From IMG/VR virus record IMGVR_UViG_3300018080_000100: a DNA stretch of 64,000 nucleotides; one strand, given 5' to 3'. The position numbers and the translations under genes were made by a program. This document shows positions 16,650 through 25,699 of this stretch, one piece after another. Each line of letters starts with the position of its first letter. Position 1 is the first letter of the stretch. The stretch is from a virus. The notes beneath the pieces are model-generated. The model had not been told where the DNA came from, searched no databases, and was given only the letters and a program-made list of their open reading frames with translations.

Positions 16650-19271
16650 CTATTGAAGCATCTGTAGCATTTGTTGACGGCGCGGCTCGCCTGGCCCGAC
16701 AAACGGTATGGTAAAGCCCTTCTCCGCCTTGATGCCTTCGATGGCCTTCTGGCGCATCTCTGGCGGGAGCTGCGCGATGAGCTGCGCCATCTGCTGGTCT
16801 GGGATCTTCTTGTAAGCCCACGCCTTGATCAGGTCTTTGACGTCAGCTTGGGAGTCCAAGATGCCTTTCTTGCCGCCCTTATCGCCGTACTTGTTCACCC
16901 AGCCGAACTGTTGTCGTAGATCGGCCATGGCCTGTTCGGGCGTCTGCGGCTCAGGCGGTCCCTGGCGGACGCCAGCCGGTACGTTGGCCTCGTTACGCAT
17001 TCCAGGAGGCCCTTGTAACGCCGGATCGGCCGCTGGTATCTCATTAGGCGGCTCTTCGGGCGGAAGCTCCGGAACTGGCGCTGCGGCTGCTGGCGGCGGC
17101 ACAGGGCCAGCAGGCTCTACGCCAGGAATCTCAGGCGGCCCTTCGGGCATTGTTGGCCCAGCCGGGGGCTGTTCAGCGCCCTCAGGCGCTGCCTGGTCGC
17201 CTCCACCGCCGAACTGGTTCATCACCCAGTCGCCACCTCCGAAGGCCCATCCGAGCCCACCGAGACCGAGCGCGCCGCCGAGCATGGTCATCATGCCGTC
17301 GCCGCCCATCAGGCCGTTGATGAGCCCCATGACAGCGCCACCGACGCCGACGATGAGACCGAGCTTCTCGTGCCAATCCGAGTTCTTCCACCAATCGATG
17401 GCCTGCTCGATGTAGCCCGGATCCTGCTTTAGCTGCTCAGGATCAGCGCCCATCTGGGCCGCGTCCTGCTCGGCTTTGTACTCGAACGCCTTGCTGAGGT
17501 CGTCGGCATCGTATTCACCGTCAGCCCACTGGCGGGCGATCTTGCCCATGGCCTGCTCAACAGGGATGCCCTGCTCATAGGCCAGCTTGTGCGCCTTCTC
17601 GATACTGCGGTTCGCAATGACCTGCTGCACGGCACGTGGCACCTGCTCCTGTGGCACCTGCCCGGAGTTGATGGCGGCCGTCAGCTGCTCGATCTGTTGC
17701 GGCTGCATCGGATTGCTCATGGCGCGCTGGAAGGCGTCGTCGCCTACAGGGCCCTCGTAGATCATCTGGGCGACCGCTGGGTCCAACGGCTGCTGTGGTG
17801 CTGCAGGAGGCTGTCCAGGGGCCTCAGCGGCCGGAGGCGGCTGTTGTGGTGCTGCGGCCGGAGGCGGCTGTTGTGGTGCTGCGCCCGGTTCTGGTTGCGC
17901 TGGTGGCGCTCCAGTAGCCGCTCCTGGAGCCTGAACGGTCCCAGAGGCCGATGGTGTTGCAGGAGCGCCCTGAGCGCCCTGAGGGCCGCCCATCTCTGGG
18001 ATCGGTCCTGTGGGCGGCAGCTCTGTAGCAGCGCTTGGCTGCGTAGCGGCAGGCGGGTTGGCCTGTGCTGCTGCCGCGCCAGCCTGTTGGCCAGCGGCAA
18101 ACGATTCGGTCGGTGCGCTGGGCGCTGCTGGCGTTAGCGGCGCTGGTTTCGGTCTGTTGCCCTGCATGAGGCTTTCCATGTGCTTCACGAGTATGGATTG
18201 CTGTGTTGGATATGCTTCGACCGCTGGTGGCCCTTGTTCGCCGAAAGACTGTTCCCACTTCTCGTACTCGGCTTGCGCTGCGTCGAAGAAGCCTTTCTTC
18301 TCTTCATCGGTGAGTCTTGCGAGCACCTGTTGCTCGGGACTGCCCTCTGGCCACATGCCAGCGCCGACCGAACCCATCTCGCCGAAGATCAGGCCCAGGA
18401 AGCCCTTGCCTTTGCCGACGACATACGGCAACGCCGTCGACGCCGTATCGAACATGATACGCCCGGTGTCGGTGAATTTGTCGCCGGGGCCCTGCTTAGC
18501 GGCTGAGCTTTCAGTGTCGTGCCACCAGTCGTCGAATCCGCGGCTGGTCCGTGGACTGAACAACTGGTGCATACCGCGCTCATACGCGTTCTGGTACGGC
18601 ACACGCGCCGAGCGCATTGCTTCCACGCCGTGATCAGTGATGCCTAGAGCATCAGTGCCGTAGGCACCGAGCTGTCCGATACCACCAATCACGTCGCCCC
18701 AGAAGCCGCCTGCGCCGCCCAGTGCGCCTTTCGTTGCAGCTACAACTGGCGCGATGAAGCCTGGGTTACGAATTTGACGCCCGCCGGGGGCGTTGAAACC
18801 CTGCTCAGCACTGATCTGGTCCTGTGTGGCCCAGCCTGGCCCTTCATCGATTCCAGGCGTATTTTGCCACTGCCATTCGTTCTTCCGGCTCGGTGTGCCT
18901 ACCTTGTGTCCCGGATCCAATCCCGGCTTGGTAGCCGGATCGATACCACGAGAGATGAGGTCGGCACGCATGCGGGCCTGCTCTGCTTCGATCGACGGAC
19001 GCGGCCCCGGTGCAGGGCCAGGACCGTCCCAGGCTAGCTCCGGCGGCTTGAATGCGGGCTGTTTCGCCCCACGTGCGTACATGGCCGCGCCCATACGGCC
19101 ACCGATCGGGCCGGCGAGCGGGAGAGCCTGCTTCTCGAGCGCCGCACCCTCAGTGAATAAAGATGCAGGGCTGCCTGCTGACCGCTGGCGTGGTTGGTCA
19201 GCAGACAGGCCCTGCGGAGCGGATTCGATGGTCAAGGCAAAGGCTGCCTTGATTAGCTGTTCTGTGTTCAT
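16650..19271 (-). CDS. large low-complexity P/A/Q-rich protein with Gly-rich membrane-like segment (putative internal virion/ejection protein)
   Basis: 873 aa. Long PAPQQPPPAA tracts and GGALGLGGLGWAFGGG glycine-zipper; no enzymatic motifs seen. Confidence 0.5.
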   Translation of the reverse strand: MNTEQLIKAAFALTIESAPQGLSADQPRQRSAGSPASLFTEGAALEKQALPLAGPIGGRMGAAMYARGAKQPAFKPPELAWDGPGPAPGPRPSIEAEQARMRADLISRGIDPATKPGLDPGHKVGTPSRKNEWQWQNTPGIDEGPGWATQDQISAEQGFNAPGGRQIRNPGFIAPVVAATKGALGGAGGFWGDVIGGIGQLGAYGTDALGITDHGVEAMRSARVPYQNAYERGMHQLFSPRTSRGFDDWWHDTESSAAKQGPGDKFTDTGRIMFDTASTALPYVVGKGKGFLGLIFGEMGSVGAGMWPEGSPEQQVLARLTDEEKKGFFDAAQAEYEKWEQSFGEQGPPAVEAYPTQQSILVKHMESLMQGNRPKPAPLTPAAPSAPTESFAAGQQAGAAAAQANPPAATQPSAATELPPTGPIPEMGGPQGAQGAPATPSASGTVQAPGAATGAPPAQPEPGAAPQQPPPAAAPQQPPPAAEAPGQPPAAPQQPLDPAVAQMIYEGPVGDDAFQRAMSNPMQPQQIEQLTAAINSGQVPQEQVPRAVQQVIANRSIEKAHKLAYEQGIPVEQAMGKIARQWADGEYDADDLSKAFEYKAEQDAAQMGADPEQLKQDPGYIEQAIDWWKNSDWHEKLGLIVGVGGAVMGLINGLMGGDGMMTMLGGALGLGGLGWAFGGGDWVMNQFGGGGDQAAPEGAEQPPAGPTMPEGPPEIPGVEPAGPVPPPAAAAPVPELPPEEPPNEIPAADPALQGPPGMRNEANVPAGVRQGPPEPQTPEQAMADLRQQFGWVNKYGDKGGKKGILDSQADVKDLIKAWAYKKIPDQQMAQLIAQLPPEMRQKAIEGIKAEKGFTIPFVGPGEPRRQQMLQMLQ

Positions 19272-19279
19272 GGCTATCC

Positions 19280-20182
19280 CTAAAGCTGAATGCCGGGCCA
19301 GCGTGCAATCTTGTCTCGGCTCGGGCTGACCTTCTTGTCGCTGAGCCCGTCAGTCGCTTCGGTGGTCGGACATGCCGGCTTGAACCCGCCAGCGGCCGGA
19401 CCGTATGTGCTGTTCTGCAACACCTGCGTCACGCTGGGCACGAGCATGGCCAGCTTGTCGTAGGCATCCTTTTCCTGCGCAGCCTCCTGCTTCTTCTTTT
19501 CCTTCTCTGCCCGCTGGTTCTCGTACTGCTGTTCGTAGTTGTTGCCGGGCAGCCACTTGTCGAGCAACATCGAGGTCGGTAGGCCGGCAGCCAATCCGCC
19601 GATGCCCATACCAGCTAGACTGCCCAGCGGATGTCCAGTCATTCCACCGGCTGCGCTACCAACACCCATACCAGCAAGCAGGGGAACCACTGAGCCCCAG
19701 GTGTGCAGACTGTTACGCTCTGTGTCTGGCATTTCACCGCTTTCCCAGCTAGGCGCCTTCTGCCGCCCGCCAAGCGCATAACCGGCAACGCCGCCTGCGC
19801 CCATACCGCCGAGCGCGCCGAGGCCAGCACCAGCGCCGATGTCTTCACCCATGAGATGTGCGATAAGCGCACCTAGGCCAGCGCCACCGGCGCCGCCACC
19901 GAGCATACCAAGACCGGTCTTAGCGCCACGCCGTGCACCTCTCGCATAGCCCTCAGTGCGGTTGCCGGACGGCGCAAACATCGCACCAAGTCCGCCGCCG
20001 ATGAGGCCGGTGTCCGAAATGCTCTGCTTCTCCAGTGCGAGCTTCTCCAGCCGCTCAGCACACGCCTCGGCCATCTTACGACGACCCCTGCGCTTCTTGA
20101 GCGCTTTGGCGACGATCTTGTCCTGCTCGTCGTCCTCTTCGATCGGCTTACGGACGGCCATTATGTCTTGTGGGTCAGGCAT
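19280..20182 (-). CDS. glycine-zipper membrane protein
   Basis: Repeated GxxxG/GAGLGALGGMGAGG segments; basic N-terminus. Confidence 0.5.
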   Translation of the reverse strand: MPDPQDIMAVRKPIEEDDEQDKIVAKALKKRRGRRKMAEACAERLEKLALEKQSISDTGLIGGGLGAMFAPSGNRTEGYARGARRGAKTGLGMLGGGAGGAGLGALIAHLMGEDIGAGAGLGALGGMGAGGVAGYALGGRQKAPSWESGEMPDTERNSLHTWGSVVPLLAGMGVGSAAGGMTGHPLGSLAGMGIGGLAAGLPTSMLLDKWLPGNNYEQQYENQRAEKEKKKQEAAQEKDAYDKLAMLVPSVTQVLQNSTYGPAAGGFKPACPTTEATDGLSDKKVSPSRDKIARWPGIQL

Positions 20183-20195
20183 CGTTCTCTCCTTG

Positions 20196-21647
20196 TTATG
20201 CGTATGACGACAAGCGGCCGGCCTGGTCGAGCTGGTCTCGTAGGCCGCTGTGCAGGATATCCGCGCTCTGGTCGCTCATGGCGGTGTTGAACGCGTTGGG
20301 GTCATGCCCGGTCTCGAACTGGTCGCGCCGGGCCAGGTAGTTCTGCTGCGGCAAGCTGACGTCAGCACCGCCACGCAAGCCAGCACGCGCCTTGGAAGCG
20401 ATCATGTCGCCCCGGCGCTCTAGGCCGCTGTAGTAATCCATCATCTTCTGGGCGTTGGCCTTCTGGCCCTCGCCGATCACGCTGCCACGGCTGGACAGTC
20501 CACCAACGTCGCCCTGTCGGAGCGAATCGTAGTATTCCATCTGTTCGCGGAATCGGCTGTCGGCCCACGGTGACTTCTGTTCCGGTACCGCACCACCGCC
20601 ACCGGTGGCCTCGAAGCGCGCTGTGGCGTCAGGGAGATCCATGCTATCGGGCGGAGGGCTTTCCATCGTGCCCGACGCCATCGCATCACCAGGCGTACCA
20701 GGCTCAGCAGGCGCGTTCATGCCATCCATCCTGGCAATCTCAGCCTCGAAGCCTGGGCCACGAGGATTGGGCGGCTCGTTCATGCCATCCATCCTGGCGA
20801 TCTCTGCCTCGAAGCCTGGGCCACGAGGGTTCGGTCCAGGCCCGCTCTCTGGCATGCGCGCGTTCATGTCGGCCACGGCCGCCTCAAAACCAGGGCCACG
20901 AGGGTTGCCAGGCTCAGGCGGCGCATTCATGCCGTCCATACGTGCAATCTCTGCTTCGAAGCCTGGACCACGTGGATTGGGCACAGGACCACTCTCAGGC
21001 ATCCTGGCGTTCATGTCGGCCACAGCAGCATCGAAACCAGGGCCACGAGGGCTGTCCGGCTGTTGCCAGTTGATCTCCGGAAGCGGAGGCCCAGGGTACT
21101 TGTCCTTGGCGAGGTCAGGCGCACCAGGCTTAGGCGCATTGCCTGTAGGCTCACCGACAGTATCCCAGTTGACGTCCGGGAGCGGACCGCCAGGCGGCTG
21201 GTCGTAGGCTGCATCAACAGGCCCGCCCATGGCCGGGCTGATCGGCTGCTGCGGTGCTTGCGGAGTTGCAGGCTGCTGTGCTGCTACAGGCTTAGGCGCA
21301 GGACGCCGGCCGCTCGAATAGAACGAGTAATCGGCTGTTCTGTTGGGGTTGGCCGGGCCGCTGAGTGTTGCGCCCGGTGCGCCACCAGCGCCGACACCGC
21401 TGGCAGCAAGCGCCTTGGGTATGTCCTGAAAGCCCTTGTTGGCCATCATGGGCAGCTTAGCGGGCGGACGGGTAGGCGGCTTCAGCCCACCGACGCCACC
21501 TGCCATTGGCTTGGGGCCTACTGGATTGAGCGCCTTGAGACCGGCGCCTCCGACGCCACCAGCGCCACCAAGAGTCTTAGGTGGCTCAATAGGGGCAGCT
21601 TCCTTGAACAGGCCCACGCCGGCCTGCAGAAGTTCTTGAGAGTTCAT
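20196..21647 (-). CDS. tandem-repeat protein (PRGPGFEAxxAxMxxxMPESGP units)
   Basis: Five to six ~24-aa repeats (NPRGPGFEAEIARMDGMNAPPEPG), visible as DNA tandem repeats around 20650-21060. Confidence 0.55.
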   Translation of the reverse strand: MNSQELLQAGVGLFKEAAPIEPPKTLGGAGGVGGAGLKALNPVGPKPMAGGVGGLKPPTRPPAKLPMMANKGFQDIPKALAASGVGAGGAPGATLSGPANPNRTADYSFYSSGRRPAPKPVAAQQPATPQAPQQPISPAMGGPVDAAYDQPPGGPLPDVNWDTVGEPTGNAPKPGAPDLAKDKYPGPPLPEINWQQPDSPRGPGFDAAVADMNARMPESGPVPNPRGPGFEAEIARMDGMNAPPEPGNPRGPGFEAAVADMNARMPESGPGPNPRGPGFEAEIARMDGMNEPPNPRGPGFEAEIARMDGMNAPAEPGTPGDAMASGTMESPPPDSMDLPDATARFEATGGGGAVPEQKSPWADSRFREQMEYYDSLRQGDVGGLSSRGSVIGEGQKANAQKMMDYYSGLERRGDMIASKARAGLRGGADVSLPQQNYLARRDQFETGHDPNAFNTAMSDQSADILHSGLRDQLDQAGRLSSYA

Positions 21648-21692
21648 TGTCCGCTCCTTGGACTTGTGTTCCGCTCCTCTAATTTACCAGCT

Positions 21693-22331
21693 TTACCCCT
21701 CTGGGACATAGAGACCTTCGAACAACTTCCAGTCGATCTGGTCGGTGATCTGGCGGATGTGTTCGGGCTTCAGTAGCTCCAAATACTGCTTTTCCGTGTA
21801 GTATTGGCGCTTGAACTTGTACTGAGGCATCCCTCCAGGGGTACTGCCTGGCCGTACAATCGTCTCCGGCAGCGCGTCCCAGCGCTTCTTCGGCGGGCCC
21901 AGCAGCTCGGTCATCGGCGCGTAGAGCGCGTCCAGCGACTCCAGCACGTCCTCGTACCGAACGATGGCCTTGTCGTACTTCGTCTTGAACCAGGCCCGGT
22001 AGAAGTTGTTGTACTGCCCGATGCGGTAGCCCAACTTCGCTGGCCCGTACGAAAACGGAATCTTGGTGTCGGGGATCTTGGTGCCCTGATGGCCTGCCTG
22101 CACTGCCCATGCATGCCAACTGACGATCCACGCATAGGGATCCTTCAAATTGATCAGCAGAACAGTATTGAGCGGCCAATCTCTCGAGTCCTGTACTGTG
22201 CGGTGCTTGGTAGTACGCCCGCGCTTACCGCGGCGACCGACCAGGTGATTGTATCCCCAACCATCTTCCACCATCTTGCCACACATGGTCGTGCCAGAGC
22301 GTGGCAATCCTCGCTGTTGTACCTTACGCAT
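21693..22331 (-). CDS. sulfotransferase-like P-loop protein
   Basis: GLPRSGTTM P-loop near the N-terminus and later aromatic/basic motifs. Embedded in the virion-like module. Confidence 0.45.
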   Translation of the reverse strand: MRKVQQRGLPRSGTTMCGKMVEDGWGYNHLVGRRGKRGRTTKHRTVQDSRDWPLNTVLLINLKDPYAWIVSWHAWAVQAGHQGTKIPDTKIPFSYGPAKLGYRIGQYNNFYRAWFKTKYDKAIVRYEDVLESLDALYAPMTELLGPPKKRWDALPETIVRPGSTPGGMPQYKFKRQYYTEKQYLELLKPEHIRQITDQIDWKLFEGLYVPEG

Positions 22332-22339
22332 ATCGGTCC

Positions 22340-23026
22340 TTACGTCTTGGAGAACTTGTTCAGTGTGCTGTCTATCAACGTGGACGGTAACGGCTTGCCG
22401 AGCGCTTGCTCAGTGGCAGCGAATTGGTCCGGTCGTGACATCATGTTCCACGTGGTGCTGCCTGCAGCCTCTCCAGCGCGCTGACCGAAGTTCTTAGCCC
22501 AGTCAGGCGACCAGTCTGGCAGGTAGCTCTGCGCCTTGTTGGCACCTACGCTAGGCGCTGCAAGACCAGCGAAGTACCGCGGAAGCTCCTGCGCTGCCAC
22601 GCCTAGTCCGCCGCCTAGTGCACCACCACCGAGCATGCCCTTGGATATGCCGCTGAGCATATTCGACATGTAACCGGCCTTGGGCGCAACCTGATCGTAG
22701 TCAACGCCCATTGACTGCAGCATCTGGATCTCTTCGGGATCCAGCTCGCCCGCTTCCTCGACGTTGACCATCTTCATGACGATCTGCGGGTCGATACCGG
22801 CTGACAAGAGCTGCTGCGCCATGTCCTGATCGATCGGTTCGCGGTAGCCGCCGCTGATGTTGCTCAGACCGCCAGCAAGGCCACCAGCAAGGCCACCAAG
22901 GCCAGCGCCCACGATACCGCTCTTGAGCGTCGGATCCCAGCCAGACATAGCTTCCTGGGCCTTGGAGGCCAGGTTGGCCATCCAAGGCGCTACGGCGACT
23001 TTCTCTAGGGTTGCGTACTTGTTCAT
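22340..23026 (-). CDS. glycine-rich membrane protein
   Basis: GIVGAGLGGLAGGLAGGLSNISGG glycine zipper. Confidence 0.5.
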   Translation of the reverse strand: MNKYATLEKVAVAPWMANLASKAQEAMSGWDPTLKSGIVGAGLGGLAGGLAGGLSNISGGYREPIDQDMAQQLLSAGIDPQIVMKMVNVEEAGELDPEEIQMLQSMGVDYDQVAPKAGYMSNMLSGISKGMLGGGALGGGLGVAAQELPRYFAGLAAPSVGANKAQSYLPDWSPDWAKNFGQRAGEAAGSTTWNMMSRPDQFAATEQALGKPLPSTLIDSTLNKFSKT

Positions 23027-23036
23027 TGTCTTGTCC

Positions 23037-24200
23037 TTATAGCCACGGCACAGGATCGCCGATGTCTGGGAACTCCGACAGGTCTACGGGCGACAAAGAA
23101 TAGCCGACCGGCAACGTTGCAGCGATCAGATCGTATTGACCATTGACTGCGCACGAGCCGCTCACCTTCTCTCCATAGTTGGCAACAGCCCAGTGCTGCG
23201 ATACCCACACCAACTCGTTGTTGACGATGATGAACTGCGGATCCCCCGAATCGCCGGTATAGATCTGTTTGTCTGGCGGATAGAAAGCCGCACGCTGCGC
23301 ATCGCCCGAAACGAACTCTGGATCTCGTGTACGGAAGCTTTGCCACTTGGAGGTGCCGTAGCACCCGGTTATGTCCATCACCAATGCGTCTTCGCGGTTG
23401 TTGCGACTGTTCTGGCAGAACGTCGGTATGCCGTAGGCTTTAACATCAGGGTCTTCGAAGCTGATGTAGCTCTTGCCAGTGAACTTCACGGCGTCTTCAG
23501 GCCGCAGGAACTTGCACGGCGTGATCGTGCCCGGTAAGTCTAAGTTCAGCTCGCACACTGTTATGTCAAGCGTATGTCCGCCATCCTCCGGCGGCCTGAA
23601 GAGCGATGTCTTCGACTGAATTGTGCGCTTCTCTACGGCGTTGGCCATCGTTATGAAGTGCAACTCAGCGCCGACTGGTGGATCCCAATGCGTTGCGGCT
23701 ATCACGTGCTTGGGCGTGATCAACGTACATGCCTGTTGGCGGTTATTCGTGTTGTACGGCGAGATGCACGTCATATCGATGTCCGCTGCCCAGCAGTTGA
23801 CATTGCGCACGTACGTGTCGGTCTCCTCGACACGGGTCGTGTACATTGGGAGCGCCACATCGGGATCAAGCCCACGGATCCGATCGTCGACCATGGCCGA
23901 GGCGTGCTCAAACAACGTGATAGGCGCCTGCGACGAGGACGATGACGACTCCACGACAACAGGCTCAGGGCTGACCGTACGAGGTGTCTCCTCGCCAAGG
24001 TGCCAGGGGTCGTTCTCTGTGGAGGCTCTGTCTGGCGCAGGGTAGCCGTCAGGGATGCCAGAGGCGCGCGGCTGTGGCCGCCACACAGGGTAGACGTGGA
24101 TCAGGCTGTCCTGGGGCACAACGGTAGCGTTAGGGCGCCGATACGTGGTTCGGATACCCTCCCGCTCTAGGAATCGTCGTGCGTCGCCTGTGATTGCCAT
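23037..24200 (-). CDS. chymotrypsin-fold (S1) serine protease-like protein, paralog 1
   Basis: ITPKHVIAATHW (His region) and GDSGDP (GDSGxP catalytic Ser motif). 50% similar to the neighbouring gene. Confidence 0.5.
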   Translation of the reverse strand: MAITGDARRFLEREGIRTTYRRPNATVVPQDSLIHVYPVWRPQPRASGIPDGYPAPDRASTENDPWHLGEETPRTVSPEPVVVESSSSSSQAPITLFEHASAMVDDRIRGLDPDVALPMYTTRVEETDTYVRNVNCWAADIDMTCISPYNTNNRQQACTLITPKHVIAATHWDPPVGAELHFITMANAVEKRTIQSKTSLFRPPEDGGHTLDITVCELNLDLPGTITPCKFLRPEDAVKFTGKSYISFEDPDVKAYGIPTFCQNSRNNREDALVMDITGCYGTSKWQSFRTRDPEFVSGDAQRAAFYPPDKQIYTGDSGDPQFIIVNNELVWVSQHWAVANYGEKVSGSCAVNGQYDLIAATLPVGYSLSPVDLSEFPDIGDPVPWL

Positions 24201-25367
24201 TTATGCCTCCGATGCGCGCCATGCGCACATTGGGCCGACGTCTGGAAACCCGGATATGTCAATCGACCCCAATTCGTAGCCTACCGGTAACAGCGCATTG
24301 ATGTCTGCTGCCATTCCGCTTAGAAACGGTCGGCCGGTGCCGCCGTCCCGCTGGGTGAGGATGCTCGTATGCATGTTTATGAGCGCCAACTCGCCGTTGA
24401 CGATAGCACACGTCACGTCGCCCGAGTCGCCGGAGTTGATCTTGTTCGGATAGAACGCGTCGCGCGTTGGATCGTAGGAACGGTAATACCACGCTGTACG
24501 GTACTTGACCTCCGGATACAGCCCGCCAATATCCATCACTTGGCCATCTTCGCGAGCGCTGCGGCTGTTCCCTACGAACACTGGCATACCAACGGCTTTG
24601 TTCTCCTCGGTGATGGGCGCAAACAGATAGCCAGGTCCAGCAAACTTCACATCGGCCTCCGCCGGCAATAGCTTGGCCGGCGTGATCGTCCCTGGGAGAT
24701 CAGAGCTCAACTCGCCGATACGCATATCAGCCGTCTGTGGCCCAGTGCTCGGGTCGATGTACGTCACGTCGGTCCAAGACATGAGCGTACGCTTCTCGAC
24801 CACGTTGCCCATAGTGACAAAGTGGAGCACGCTCCCGATAGGAGGATACCAGCCAAGGTGCGTCACCGATATCACATGCTTGGGCGTGATTAGCGTAGCG
24901 CTCTTCATGTGGTTATCGTCGTTCCACGGAACGAGGCAGGTCATATCGACATCTGCGGCCCAGAAGCTGGTATTCCGTACGTACGTCTCGGTCGCACCAT
25001 CTCGGACGGTGAACATGGGCACGGCGACATTCGGATCCAGTCCTCGGATACGGTCGTCGATCTGCGCTGTGGCATGCTCTAACAACGTAGTGGTCTGCAC
25101 CGACGACGAAGATGAACTCTCCTCAGGCACCACGGGCACGACAGTGCGCGGCGTGACTGGGCCAAGATGCCAGGGGTCGTTCTGCGTGGAAGCTCTGTCG
25201 GGGTTAGGCGCGCCGTTGAGGATGCCAGAGGCACGTGGGAACGGCCGATCCACAGGATAGTCGTGGATGGCGCTGTCACCAGGCACAACGGTCCCGATCG
25301 GTCGCCTGTACGTTGACCGCATCTTCGCGCGCTCCAAGAAGCGCCTAGCGTCCATGGTGACAGTCAT
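24201..25367 (-). CDS. chymotrypsin-fold (S1) serine protease-like protein, paralog 2
   Basis: ITPKHVISVTH and NSGDSGD motifs; collinear with 23037-24200. Confidence 0.5.
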   Translation of the reverse strand: MTVTMDARRFLERAKMRSTYRRPIGTVVPGDSAIHDYPVDRPFPRASGILNGAPNPDRASTQNDPWHLGPVTPRTVVPVVPEESSSSSSVQTTTLLEHATAQIDDRIRGLDPNVAVPMFTVRDGATETYVRNTSFWAADVDMTCLVPWNDDNHMKSATLITPKHVISVTHLGWYPPIGSVLHFVTMGNVVEKRTLMSWTDVTYIDPSTGPQTADMRIGELSSDLPGTITPAKLLPAEADVKFAGPGYLFAPITEENKAVGMPVFVGNSRSAREDGQVMDIGGLYPEVKYRTAWYYRSYDPTRDAFYPNKINSGDSGDVTCAIVNGELALINMHTSILTQRDGGTGRPFLSGMAADINALLPVGYELGSIDISGFPDVGPMCAWRASEA

Positions 25368-25375
25368 TGGCGCCC

Positions 25376-25699
25376 CTAGATCTTAGCGACGATACCCCAG
25401 TCAGCGTCACATGCAGCACCGCTGCCCTTGATCGTGACTTTGGTGATCCCTGACCGCTTACGGCGGAAGACCAGCGTAGCACCAGGGCGCATGGTAATGA
25501 AGTCGGCAGCGTCGTGCAGACCTTCGATGTTCACCATGCCCGGGTTAGCCGAGCTGGACAGGATGTGCACCATGAACGACGTGCAGCCCTGCTTATCTGA
25601 GTAGACGACCGTGCCGCCCGTACCGTAGTTTCCAGTTCCTGCTGTGGCCATTCGTTGGCTCCTTACAGTGAAAGTCCTAGTCCGCTCGCTTCGCCCCAC
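25376..25699 (-). CDS. hypothetical protein
   Basis: 107-aa ORF in the array. Confidence 0.4.
   Translation of the reverse strand: MGRSERTRTFTVRSQRMATAGTGNYGTGGTVVYSDKQGCTSFMVHILSSSANPGMVNIEGLHDAADFITMRPGATLVFRRKRSGITKVTIKGSGAACDADWGIVAKI

Noticed and set aside
16528-16821. 97-aa minus-strand ORF in the gap downstream of the 873-aa gene
   Set aside because: Arg/Pro-rich nonsense-like translation overlapping the 3' end of 16650-19271. The ~150-bp gap is more likely a 3' UTR or terminator region.
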